From Candidatus Hodarchaeota archaeon (GTDB taxonomy: Archaea; Asgardarchaeota; Lokiarchaeia; Sigyniarchaeales; SOKP01): a stretch of DNA of 64,000 nt. The stretch is taken from NCBI GenBank assembly GCA_048887225.1, contig JBHLJY010000012.1:10710-74709 (forward strand). The letters run 5' to 3'. The notes under the pieces are model-generated. The model did no database searches, was not told the origin of the DNA, and saw only the letters and a program-made list of their open reading frames with translations. The first letter of the stretch is position 1. The number at the start of each line of letters is the position of its first letter. Both the position numbers and the translations under genes were made by a program. Shown in pieces: positions 18,669 to 28,406 of this stretch.

Positions 18669-18862
18669 GATCTATACTGATCGATAATATGAATAATTTC
18701 GGCGTTATTATTAATCTAGATTGATCGCAAAATCAAATGATTTTGATCTTTTGACCGATTCTTGGAATTTAATTATGCTTTTAGATCAGCAAATGGAGAA
18801 ATCAGTAGATTTAAATAGATTAATCGCTACTTTTTATATAGAAAAGCATAAAAATAATGATC
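18669..18862. promoter_or_regulatory. GATC-motif cluster upstream of the hdrD-hdrA-mvhD operon
   Basis: GATC at 18669, 18679, 18723, 18745, 18784 and 18859. Confidence 0.55.
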
Positions 18863-18942
18863 GAAAAAAAAAAATTAATTTATATAAATTCTTAAAATAA
18901 AAAAACCTGCAAAAAAAATCTTAAAAGGGGTATGATATATTG

Positions 18943-19104
18943 ATGGAATTAAAAGTAGATCTAAGGGTGTGTGAGAATTGTGGTGTAGCTTTGGAAGCAA
19001 GAGATTATTTCTATCGACATAAAACGCCAAATGCTCCAGGAGGATATATTTGTCATAGCTGTGGCTATTATTTGATTCGCTCTAAAAAAATTCGAAACAA
19101 ATAG
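18943..19104 (+). CDS. 53-aa C4 zinc-finger microprotein (not in ORF track)
   Basis: MELKVDLRVCENCGVALEARDYFYRHKTPNAPGGYICHSCGYYLIRSKKIRNK; CxxC-x23-CxxC; AGGGG SD-like sequence upstream. Confidence 0.75.
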   Translation: MELKVDLRVCENCGVALEARDYFYRHKTPNAPGGYICHSCGYYLIRSKKIRNK

Positions 19105-19124
19105 ATATTAACAAAAAAACGAAA

Positions 19125-20360
19125 TTGGGGATCGGTGATTCAAATATTTATTTCTCACAAGAATCAATTAAAGACATAAAGTCTTATATAAATTATTGTT
19201 ATCACTGTTATCGATGTATTAATGTCTGTCCATTATCCCACTTAGGTGTTTTCTTTCCACAAAGGTTAATTGCAGATTTAACCTTCTCTTCAATGGAAGA
19301 TGGTTTAACAAATAATAACATATGGGAATGCCTCACCTGTGGTCAGTGTTCAATTTATTGTCCAATGACATCTAATTCTTCGGGTGTGAGAATACCTGAA
19401 TTAATTTTAGAATTAAGAAAGAAATCACGAGAGAATAAAAAACAATCTGAAAAAATGTTGTATTGTGAAACGCACAACAATATATTTCCATTGCTTACGA
19501 GATTAATGGCGGATAATCCGTTGAATCCGAACAAATTAGATTTTTTAAATGGGACAAAATTGAAGACGGCAGAAACAGGTCCAATAGCGTATTTTGTTGG
19601 ATGTTCACCATTATTACAAGATATTTTTTATAATTTTGATATAAAATATACTGATTCAGCCATTACAATAATCGCATTACTTAATGAAGCTAATTTTGTT
19701 CCAGTTGTTTTAAATGAAAAATGTTGTGGACATGATATATTGTGGGGTCTTGGAGATATTAAAAGGTTTAAAAAACTAGCTGAATATAACGTAAAACTCT
19801 ACAGAGATGCAGGCATTAAAATAGTTATCATAAGCTGTGCCGAAGGATATAGAACATGGAAGTTCGATTATCCAAAAGTGATTGATAATTTTGATTTTGA
19901 AGTATTACATTTTTCAGAATTTTTATTAAGAGAGAAAATTCTTGAAAACAAGCGATTTCCCAAAGTACATAAAATTAAAGTTACTTACCACGATTCTTGT
20001 CGACTTGGTCGCTTAAGTGATAAATTATATGATCCTCCACGGGAATTACTAAGACAAATTCCAAATGTTGAATTAATTGAGATGGAAAATATTAGAGATA
20101 ACGCTCAATGTTGTGGGGTTTCAGCTTTCCGAGGGTGCAATGAATTTACTCACTTTTTAATCCAAAAGCGTATCAACGAAGCAATTGAAACGGGTGCAGA
20201 TTATTTAATCGTTCCATGCTCAAAATGCCAAACACATTTCACTTGTTATATGAATGAACCCTCTATTAATAGAGAGAAGGGAGATTTGAGAGATAAAATA
20301 AGAATAATTGATTTAGCTAGTTTTATAGGGAGGATGTTATTTATTTTCCAAATGAATTAA
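19125..20360 (+). CDS. HdrD-like (4Fe-4S dicluster + two CCG domains) Fe-S oxidoreductase
   Basis: CYHCYRCINVCP, WECLTCGQCSIYCP, YFVGC, EKCCG, TYHDSCRLGR and CCG motifs. Confidence 0.9.
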   Translation: MGIGDSNIYFSQESIKDIKSYINYCYHCYRCINVCPLSHLGVFFPQRLIADLTFSSMEDGLTNNNIWECLTCGQCSIYCPMTSNSSGVRIPELILELRKKSRENKKQSEKMLYCETHNNIFPLLTRLMADNPLNPNKLDFLNGTKLKTAETGPIAYFVGCSPLLQDIFYNFDIKYTDSAITIIALLNEANFVPVVLNEKCCGHDILWGLGDIKRFKKLAEYNVKLYRDAGIKIVIISCAEGYRTWKFDYPKVIDNFDFEVLHFSEFLLREKILENKRFPKVHKIKVTYHDSCRLGRLSDKLYDPPRELLRQIPNVELIEMENIRDNAQCCGVSAFRGCNEFTHFLIQKRINEAIETGADYLIVPCSKCQTHFTCYMNEPSINREKGDLRDKIRIIDLASFIGRMLFIFQMN

Positions 20361-20381
20361 AAATTGCGATATAGGAGAAGA

Positions 20382-23300
20382 ATGCAAAAATTACAATCAA
20401 GTGTTTTAGTCATAGGCGGTGGGATTGCGGGCATCCAAGCATCTTTAGATCTCACAAAACTAGGTTTTAAAGTATATTTAGTTGAAATAAAACCTACCAT
20501 TGGAGGAACAATGGCACAATTAGACAAAACTTTTCCAACTCTTGATTGTAGTTTATGTATTTTAGCCCCCAAAATGGTCGAGATATATAGAAATCAAAAT
20601 ATTGAGTTATTTACCAATTCCTATATTGAAAAAATTGAAGGAGCTGCGGGAGATTATCGAGTAACGATGATAAAAATGCCGAGATATGTAAAAGAAGATG
20701 TTTGCAATGGATGTGGAGATTGTGCAAATATTTGCCCTGTAAGAGGTATTCCAAGCAAATTTGATATAAATCTAAAAACCCGTGGAGCTATATTTATCCC
20801 TTTTCCATCTTCAGTACCGCCTACTTATATAATTGATGAAACAAAATGTTTACTAATAAATTATGGAATTTGTAATTTATGTGCGAGAGTTTGTACCACC
20901 AATGCTATAGATTTTTTTCAAAAGAAGGAAGAAATAGTTTTAAATGTTGGAGCTATTGTCATTGCTACCGGTTATATCCAAAATATGCCAGGGATATATG
21001 AGAATCTTGCTGGAGAATCACGAAATGTATTATCAAGTATGCAATTTGAACGTTTATTATCCGCAAATGGTCCAACAAATGGAAATATTATAAGATTGGA
21101 TAATTATGAACGTCCAAAGTCAATTGCTTTTTTACAATGTGTTGGCTCACGAGATTTTCATCATCCTGAATGTAAGAAATATTGTTCTTCGATATGTTGT
21201 ATGGCTTCTGCTAAACAGGCAATCATCGTTAAAGAACATAATCCAGAAATTGAATGTTATATATTTAGTACTGAAATCAGAGCTAAGGGGAAAAACTTTT
21301 ATGAATTTATTGAAAGAAGTAAACATGAATATAATGTTATTTATATAAATGGTAAAGTTTCTCTTATTAAGAATTGTTCCGAAAATGGAAAATTAAAACT
21401 GTTTTATGAGGATATTGATGAGGGGATTGTGAGGACCTCAAAAGTAGATATGGCGATATTAGCAAGTGCGTTATTTCCACCTAAATCTTATTATGATCTT
21501 TTAAACCAGTTAAATGTAAGATATAATGAATTTGGTTTTATTAGAGATGATGATTTATATAGTCTCGAAAAGAAAAATATCTTTTTTATAGGTTATTCAA
21601 GAAATCCAAAAGATATTCCTTCCACTGTTGCTGAAGCCTCAGCGTGTGCTGCAAAAATTAGTGAAAGATTACACATTGTTAGATTTCAGAATGTAATCGA
21701 GTCCAAATATCCCCCTGAAATCCCTGTAAATCCTCAAGATGACCCGCGGGTTGGAATACTAATTTGTCGTTGCGGATCCAATATTGGAGGAATTGTAGAT
21801 GTTAAGAGAGTAGTTGATTATGTTTCAAAACTTCCTTACGTTGTTTATGCTGATGAAAATATGTATTCTTGCAGTTCTGATTCCCAGAAACTGATTAAAG
21901 ATATGATTTTGAAACATAATCTTAATAGATTTATAGTAGCTTCATGTACTCCTCGTACACATGAAAATCTCTTTAGAAATACACTCCGAGAGGTCGGATT
22001 AAATCCATATTTATTTGAATTAGTAAATATAAGAGATCAAGATTCTTGGGTACATCAAAATGAACCTGAACAAGCGACTAAAAAAGCTTGTGATTTAATT
22101 AGAATGTATCTTGCGAAAGTAATTAATTTGAAACCATTACAAAAAATTAAAGTTGAAGTCGAAAAGTCAGTATTAATTATAGGAGGTGGAATTGCAGGGA
22201 TTTTTTCTGCTAAAAATTTGGCAAATCAAGGTTTTGAAGTATACCTAATTGAAAGGGAGTCAATTTTAGGAGGCAGAGCTCTAGATTTTATAGATTTATA
22301 TCGTTTACCTTATATTAAAAATGACGTAATGAATACCATTAATGAATTAAAAAAAAAATCAACTGTACATATCTTATTAAATTCTGAAATAAGAGAGATA
22401 CGAGGATATGTCGGCAATTATAAAGTTATAGTAAAAAGCCATTCAAATGGAGTGAAAGAACATAAATTGAATATTGGTACAATAATAGTATCTATAGGTA
22501 CCAAGCAAAAAAGAGTTGAGAGATGGCATGATATATCAGAAAAAAATCCTATGCATGTCTTTACTCAATCAGATTTCATAAAAATTAATGATGAAAATAT
22601 CCCTAGTTTTAAAGATGCCACTATAATATTATGCGTAGATCAGAGAAAAAATGAATATAATAATGGAAATGACTCAAAGACCTATTGTTCTAATGTTTGT
22701 TGCAATATAGCATTAATGAACATCGAAAAATTGTTCCGATTGAATCCAAGAGCCCATATTCATGTTTTATATAGAGAATTGCAATTTTCAGATTTACATG
22801 CCGAAAAAATTGGGCGTGATATAAGAAAGAAAGTTCTTTTTGAAAGATATAGTTCAATTGATAATATAAAAATTTCTAAGAATACGAATCGTTTCAAGAT
22901 AAGATATTATAATGTTGGCGCTCAAACAGACATAGAATTTATTACTGATTTATTAATATTAGCAACACCGGCAATTCCAGAAAGGGGTACAGAAGAATTA
23001 GCAAAAATTTTAAAAGTTCCTACTACGAAAGATGGTTTTTTATTAGAGGCCCATGTAAAATTAAGACCAGTAGATTTCTCTACAGATGGTATATTTTTAT
23101 GTGGTGGAGCTCATTGGCCAAAATGGATTGACGAGAGTATTATTCAAGCATATGCAGCATCTGGAAGAGCAACAATGTTAATGGCAAATGGAGGGATAGA
23201 CACTGAATGTGTAACTGCTTATATGAATGAAGAAAAGTGCTTAGGGTGCGGCAGATGTGCTGAAATTTGTCCTTACAAAGCAATCGAACTAATTGATAAA

Positions 23301-23495
23301 ACCAAACAAATGGGATTATACACAATTAAAATGAAAAAAGCCCAGATTAATAGTGCCATTTGTAAGGGTTGCGGGTTATGTGTGGCAGAATGTTCGCTAG
23401 GGGCAATTGACCAAAACTTTTTTAGTAAATTGCAAATTAATAAGATGATTGAATTGTTGATTGGATTGGAAACAAAAGCAAAAGAATTTAATTAA
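20382..23495 (+). CDS. Large rearranged HdrA-family flavoprotein (two FAD-binding modules, internal N-terminal-type domain)
   Basis: Two GGGIAG motifs, internal ILICRCG..SCTPRTH..NIRDQ, EAHVKLRPVD and C-terminal ferredoxins. ATG at 20382 follows an AGGAGA SD. Confidence 0.92.
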   Translation: MQKLQSSVLVIGGGIAGIQASLDLTKLGFKVYLVEIKPTIGGTMAQLDKTFPTLDCSLCILAPKMVEIYRNQNIELFTNSYIEKIEGAAGDYRVTMIKMPRYVKEDVCNGCGDCANICPVRGIPSKFDINLKTRGAIFIPFPSSVPPTYIIDETKCLLINYGICNLCARVCTTNAIDFFQKKEEIVLNVGAIVIATGYIQNMPGIYENLAGESRNVLSSMQFERLLSANGPTNGNIIRLDNYERPKSIAFLQCVGSRDFHHPECKKYCSSICCMASAKQAIIVKEHNPEIECYIFSTEIRAKGKNFYEFIERSKHEYNVIYINGKVSLIKNCSENGKLKLFYEDIDEGIVRTSKVDMAILASALFPPKSYYDLLNQLNVRYNEFGFIRDDDLYSLEKKNIFFIGYSRNPKDIPSTVAEASACAAKISERLHIVRFQNVIESKYPPEIPVNPQDDPRVGILICRCGSNIGGIVDVKRVVDYVSKLPYVVYADENMYSCSSDSQKLIKDMILKHNLNRFIVASCTPRTHENLFRNTLREVGLNPYLFELVNIRDQDSWVHQNEPEQATKKACDLIRMYLAKVINLKPLQKIKVEVEKSVLIIGGGIAGIFSAKNLANQGFEVYLIERESILGGRALDFIDLYRLPYIKNDVMNTINELKKKSTVHILLNSEIREIRGYVGNYKVIVKSHSNGVKEHKLNIGTIIVSIGTKQKRVERWHDISEKNPMHVFTQSDFIKINDENIPSFKDATIILCVDQRKNEYNNGNDSKTYCSNVCCNIALMNIEKLFRLNPRAHIHVLYRELQFSDLHAEKIGRDIRKKVLFERYSSIDNIKISKNTNRFKIRYYNVGAQTDIEFITDLLILATPAIPERGTEELAKILKVPTTKDGFLLEAHVKLRPVDFSTDGIFLCGGAHWPKWIDESIIQAYAASGRATMLMANGGIDTECVTAYMNEEKCLGCGRCAEICPYKAIELIDKTKQMGLYTIKMKKAQINSAICKGCGLCVAECSLGAIDQNFFSKLQINKMIELLIGLETKAKEFN

Positions 23496-23510
23496 TAACG
23501 AGTGATTAAT

Positions 23511-23975
23511 ATGTCAAAATCCAGAACGAAAAAATATGAAGAATTTGAACCAAATATATTAGTTTTTTGTTGTAATTGGTGTAGCTATGCAGGAGCGGAT
23601 CTAGCTGGGGTTTCGAGGTTCCAATACCCATCAACTATTCGTATTGTTAGAGTCATGTGTTCGGGCAGAGTTGAGCCTGCATTTATCTTAAGAGCTTTTT
23701 ATAATGGAATTGATGGTGTTATAGTTACAGGATGCCATATAGGTGATTGTCATTATATTAAAGGTAATGAACATGCATATATTCGTTTGGAACATTTACA
23801 AAATCTATTGAAAAAAATTGGAATTGAAGAGGAAAGATTTCTAATCCATCCTATTTCAGCCAGCGAAGGAAAGAAATTTTCTGAATTAATAAAAGAATTT
23901 ACAGAAAAAGTCAAGAAAGAAGGGATTTTAAAAATTGCTAAAAAATTAGGGCTTTTAGAGTTTCAGTATAGTTAA
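23511..23975 (+). CDS. mvhD: MvhD [2Fe-2S] subunit
   Basis: FCCNWCSYAGADLAG, RVMCSGRV and GCHIGDCHY motifs. Confidence 0.95.
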   Translation: MSKSRTKKYEEFEPNILVFCCNWCSYAGADLAGVSRFQYPSTIRIVRVMCSGRVEPAFILRAFYNGIDGVIVTGCHIGDCHYIKGNEHAYIRLEHLQNLLKKIGIEEERFLIHPISASEGKKFSELIKEFTEKVKKEGILKIAKKLGLLEFQYS

Positions 23976-23997
23976 AAAAAAAACACACCTGAAATAA

Positions 23998-24159
23998 TCA
24001 ACGCTTTTTCTTTTTTATTTTTTGTGTGATCCTTTCATTAAGACCTGACAACGGAGATCTGCATTTATTAAGTTTGAATAAATCGTCTTTAAATTTTTTA
24101 TTTAATTCTTTTTCCAACTCCTCCTCTAACTTAATCATATTAATTTTTTTACCTTTCAT
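23998..24159 (-). CDS. 53-aa basic microprotein (not in ORF track)
   Basis: AGGAGGAG SD, then MKGKKINMIKLEEELEKELNKKFKDDLFKLNKCRSPLSGLNERITQKIKKKKR. Confidence 0.55.
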   Translation of the reverse strand: MKGKKINMIKLEEELEKELNKKFKDDLFKLNKCRSPLSGLNERITQKIKKKKR

Positions 24160-24200
24160 TTTAGTTCTCCTCCTATTATGTCAAGTACTTTAATCGACGA

Positions 24201-24395
24201 TCAATCCCCTTCTCTATTCTTCTTATGCGTTATTTTTGCGTCTAAATTTCCCTTATTTATAAAATGATAATTTCTATCCTTTATATTCCAACTCATATTT
24301 TTATTGTCAATTTCTGAGATAGGACGGTCATTATATAACGAAATTATTCTTAATCGTTTCTTTATTTTTCTTAAAATGACATCTTTTTCAAGCAT
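24201..24395 (-). CDS. 64-aa basic hypothetical microprotein
   Basis: GGAGGG SD; starts 12 nt after the upstream gene's stop. Confidence 0.5.
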   Translation of the reverse strand: MLEKDVILRKIKKRLRIISLYNDRPISEIDNKNMSWNIKDRNYHFINKGNLDAKITHKKNREGD

Positions 24396-24407
24396 ACTTT
24401 ATCCCTC

Positions 24408-25889
24408 CTAACAGTTTTTTAGTATAGTTGGTTTACAATTATTCTTTTTTTCCATTGCGAGTTTTTCGATTAATAATTGACGTTTTCTTACATCTATTTT
24501 AGGATTTAATTTTACCAAACCTTTATCAATCGCTCTATGAAGAAGAAGCTCTCCTTTTTTGGTTCTAGTAATAACTGAAGACCATCCAGAATCTGAACCA
24601 ATCGCTCCTACAGAAATATCTGCAAATTCTGCTGTTAAATCAGAGCAATAATTACAAAAATTCGCAAAGTAAGATCGGCATTCTTTTAATGAAATAGATA
24701 TAATTTCTCCATTAATTAGATTTAGAAATAACCTACCTTTTTTGATATCCATTTTAACGACATCATCAAGCTCTAAATTAAACTTATATTTAATTAAATT
24801 CATCAAATTCTCATAAGTGAATGTTTTCATACAGAATAGACCAATTTTATATTTGATGTTGTCGAACATCCCCAAATTTAATGGCAAATGTTCTGCTTTT
24901 GCAAGAGCTCTAATTTTACATGGAAGTGCAACTATAGCGATTTTCTTATACTTTTTTGTTTTATTAAGTACAGATAGAATCGGAGCATTTGAATAAATGC
25001 TACCTTGGGTTTTATCCAAATATAGCTTGTTCTTAATGATTGCAATCTTAGGTTTCCAAAATTTTCTCGAATGTTTAACAGTTATAACAGCGTCAACTAG
25101 TTTCTCATCTAATAAATAATAAAGTAATGAACTAATTATGCCTCCATCCTGCTTTTTTTCGTTAAATTCATCTATTAAAGTCTTTGCTGAATATATCTTT
25201 TTATAGTATCCAAGGTTTTCCGTATAATTTAAAGAACTTTGAAAACTTTTTTTATAATTATATAATGGCTGATATGGAACTGAATGAGGACAAACACTAT
25301 AACATAAACCACATGTAATACATTCACTCTCATCTACATATACATAATTATCAGTTTGTTCAATAATATCAATTGGACAAATTGATAAACATAGCCCACA
25401 TCTGGTGCAAATACCACTATCATCAAATGTTAAAATCGATTTGAAATAATTTTCTTGAATTAGGTTTGCGTTGCGTTTGATCTGATATTTTTTTTCTAGT
25501 TTCTGTTCCAAAATCGAACTTCTCTCATCATTGTCCAATATAACCTCAGATTCAATGCTCTCATTAATTAATCCTTTATCTTTTAGATTTAAAATCTCAT
25601 AAATCGTATTAATGGAGGGAAAATCAAAAATTTCAACAATTCCCTCCAATGATAATGGTTGTTTTCCTTTTAACTTCTGAATGATGTATTTTCGCTTTGC
25701 TGCTTCATCTAATATCGATTTTAAAATTAAATTGAGGGTTTTTTCATCAAATTTCCCGTGTTCTAAAATACGTTTCCTTGCTTTAAATAAAGATCTAAAC
25801 TGAAAGTCATTTGAAGCCTTAAGGAAAGAAGTTTTCATCTTATCTGGTGGGATTCCTTTATAATTATAGAAATCACTTATTTTAATCAT
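24408..25889 (-). CDS. N-terminal winged-helix-like domain + ferredoxin + FrhB (F420-binding) family protein
   Basis: YIIQKLKGKQPLSLEGIVEIFDFPSINTIYEILNLKDKGLI; two CxxCxxC motifs; QDGGIIS, ALPC, IGLFC and CNYCSDLTAEFADISVG. Confidence 0.85.
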   Translation of the reverse strand: MIKISDFYNYKGIPPDKMKTSFLKASNDFQFRSLFKARKRILEHGKFDEKTLNLILKSILDEAAKRKYIIQKLKGKQPLSLEGIVEIFDFPSINTIYEILNLKDKGLINESIESEVILDNDERSSILEQKLEKKYQIKRNANLIQENYFKSILTFDDSGICTRCGLCLSICPIDIIEQTDNYVYVDESECITCGLCYSVCPHSVPYQPLYNYKKSFQSSLNYTENLGYYKKIYSAKTLIDEFNEKKQDGGIISSLLYYLLDEKLVDAVITVKHSRKFWKPKIAIIKNKLYLDKTQGSIYSNAPILSVLNKTKKYKKIAIVALPCKIRALAKAEHLPLNLGMFDNIKYKIGLFCMKTFTYENLMNLIKYKFNLELDDVVKMDIKKGRLFLNLINGEIISISLKECRSYFANFCNYCSDLTAEFADISVGAIGSDSGWSSVITRTKKGELLLHRAIDKGLVKLNPKIDVRKRQLLIEKLAMEKKNNCKPTILKNC

Positions 25890-25919
25890 ATTTTTTCATT
25901 CCTTCCTCTTTTTTAATTA

Positions 25920-26068
25920 GATCCTATTTATTGTAAAGAATTTTTTTTTTTACTTGATCCAAAATCGGCATTTTTTTATTAAATATCACAATAAATATAT
26001 ATGAGTTCGATCATTTAAATTTTAGGAAGCGATCATTTATTTTTTCATGATCGATAACATTCATGATC
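25920..26068. promoter_or_regulatory. GATC-motif cluster in the divergent promoter between the two FrhB-HTH genes
   Basis: GATC at 25920, 25956, 26009, 26031, 26049 and 26065. Confidence 0.55.
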
Positions 26069-26108
26069 AATAATTATAAAAATTTAAAGAAAATTTGTGG
26101 TTTGAAAA

Positions 26109-27545
26109 GTGTTAACAAAAGAAAATATGATAGAATATTTAGAATCTTATAATATAGGGTATGGGTTTCAGGATTTATGTGATTTAGTAATTAACAAAAA
26201 AAATTGTATATTTTGTGGAACATGTGCCTCACTTTGTCCCCGTATTGGGATTATAAAAAATAAACCGACCCTTTTAGAAAGCGATCCAGAATGTTCATTA
26301 TGTTCAAGATACTGTGCGAGAACTTACTTCCCTGAAGAGGTGTTTGAAAGAGAGATTTTCAATAATCAAAATCATCGGGATTTTATCTTAGGTTATTATC
26401 AAAAAGCAATAATAGCAAAAAGTACTGATGAAAGCATATTAAAGGTTGCCCAGAATGGTGGAGTGATAACAACATTACTTATTTATGCTTTGAATAAGGG
26501 ATTAATTGATGGAGTATTGCTTACTAATAGAGATGAAAATTGGTTACCCAAACCTTTTGTTGCGAGAACACCAGAAGAAATACTATCATGTTCAGGTTCA
26601 AAATATACTATAGCCCCTACCTTAATTTCATACAGTGATGCAATTCATGAATATGAACTTGAAAAACTTGCATTTGTAGGTATGCCTTGTCAAATTCTAG
26701 CAGCAAGAAAACTCCAATTATGTCCTCCATTATCAGATAAATTAGGTCAATTTAAAATAATTATTGGAATTTTTTGTTCAGTAAATTATAAATATGATTT
26801 AATAGAAAAGATTTTTGTACAGGATTTAAACAAAAAATTGGAGAATGTTAGTAAATTTGATATTTCAGATGGAATATTGTCAGTTATTTCAAAAGATGGT
26901 AGTATAATAAAACTCTCAACTAAATATATTAAAGAATTCATTTGGCCCAGTTGTCGATATTGTAAAGATTTTACTTCCGAATATGCTGATATCTCAGTTG
27001 GTAATGTAGGTGCTCCCTCTGGAGATTTTAATAGCCTTATTGTACGTTCTGATATAGGTAAATCTTTACTGGATAATGCCATCTCTGAAAAGAGAATTAT
27101 AACAACTAATACAATTGATCTTGCAAAAATTAAAATGGAATCTTTAAGAAAGAAATCAGAAATAACTAAAGTTGATAAAAAGATTATTTCTGCCTTGAGA
27201 TTTTTTAATATCCCTGATCTTGAAGCAAAAGTTTATGCCACGTTAATCTCTTTAGGATATACTAATATTGCTCTGCTTAGTGACGTAATGAAAATGGAGT
27301 ATAAAAAAATCTACAAAGCTTTGGAAAAGTTAAAGCGACGTAAATGGATTGTTGAGTTTAATGGTGGCTACAGAACAATTAATCCAATTCAAGTTATGAA
27401 AAATGAAATAACTAAATTCAAAGCCAATTTAGAAAAAAAAATTAATAAATTCAAATCTGAGGTTTTAAAAGAGTTAGAGATCCTTTTTTTACAAAACAAT
27501 ATTCAGCATATAAAATATAATGAATACAATGATTTTTTCTACTGA
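26109..27545 (+). CDS. FrhB-family protein fused to a C-terminal TrmB-type HTH
   Basis: QNGGVIT, GSKY, VGMPCQ, IGIFC and CRYCKDFTSEYADISVG, then IPDLEAKVYATLISLG...IYKALEKLKRRKWIVE...YRTINP. Confidence 0.88.
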   Translation: MLTKENMIEYLESYNIGYGFQDLCDLVINKKNCIFCGTCASLCPRIGIIKNKPTLLESDPECSLCSRYCARTYFPEEVFEREIFNNQNHRDFILGYYQKAIIAKSTDESILKVAQNGGVITTLLIYALNKGLIDGVLLTNRDENWLPKPFVARTPEEILSCSGSKYTIAPTLISYSDAIHEYELEKLAFVGMPCQILAARKLQLCPPLSDKLGQFKIIIGIFCSVNYKYDLIEKIFVQDLNKKLENVSKFDISDGILSVISKDGSIIKLSTKYIKEFIWPSCRYCKDFTSEYADISVGNVGAPSGDFNSLIVRSDIGKSLLDNAISEKRIITTNTIDLAKIKMESLRKKSEITKVDKKIISALRFFNIPDLEAKVYATLISLGYTNIALLSDVMKMEYKKIYKALEKLKRRKWIVEFNGGYRTINPIQVMKNEITKFKANLEKKINKFKSEVLKELEILFLQNNIQHIKYNEYNDFFY

Positions 27546-27662
27546 AAATAAAAAATATACAAAATTCTTTATAATAATAAATAATCTAATCAACAGTAGT
27601 TGCTATAGAATTTTCTTTTAGTAAGATTCCAATTTGATATGGCAAAAATAATTGATATAATC

Positions 27663-28082
27663 CTATTTAATTATATCTGTTATGAAACAAGTTTCTACAA
27701 TATGTATACCTTCTATTTGGCTTATTTTCTCTTCAAGTAAAGGATTGAATTGCTCTAACGAGGGGATTTCAACCATTATAAATAGACCACAATCTCCGCT
27801 TAAACGCCAAATATTATTTATCTCATCTATTTTTTTCAATTCTGTTAAAATCCTCTTAATATCCTTGAAGTTTGGCTCAATTTTTACTGTTGCCCTAGTT
27901 TTAGGTTTCGAATTAACCTCATAATCTATTGTAAATCTTATAATTATTCCATCTTCAATTAATTTTTTCACACGACGACGAACTGTAGCTTCTGTTTTCC
28001 CTATTTTGTGAGAAATTTCATTAAAGGAAATTCTACTATCTTGTTTTAATTCCTCAAGTATTTTAAGATCTATTATATCCAT
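27663..28082 (-). CDS. Lrp/AsnC family transcriptional regulator
   Basis: MDIIDLKILEELKQDSRISFNEIS...TVRRRVKKLIEDGII; C-terminal RAM domain. Confidence 0.95.
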   Translation of the reverse strand: MDIIDLKILEELKQDSRISFNEISHKIGKTEATVRRRVKKLIEDGIIIRFTIDYEVNSKPKTRATVKIEPNFKDIKRILTELKKIDEINNIWRLSGDCGLFIMVEIPSLEQFNPLLEEKISQIEGIHIVETCFITDIIK

Positions 28083-28406
28083 TTTTCACTACCTAATATT
28101 TTTTTTTATAATTTGGAAATAATTCGAGTAATATTTAATAAAACTGTTATTTCTAATTATAAAAAGGTAAAACAAATTATTAAATTTTATCATTTCATTA
28201 TCTGATGTAAAGATCTTTTTATTAGAAATAAAAAAAATATCTGAAAAATAAAAATTAATTTCTGAATTTGAAAATTTCAAATGATGAAATGAATTTATTT
28301 AGAACACAATTTATAATTTTCAGTCAATACTTTCAAAAAAAAATTAATATTTTTTAAGATCTAATTTTGAGATTATTAATGAATATTTTAGAATTGCCAA
28401 TTGATT

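Noticed and set aside
28089-28280. 63-aa ORF upstream of the Lrp gene
   Set aside because: Low-complexity F/I/N/K sequence typical of AT-rich promoter DNA, with no motif or SD.
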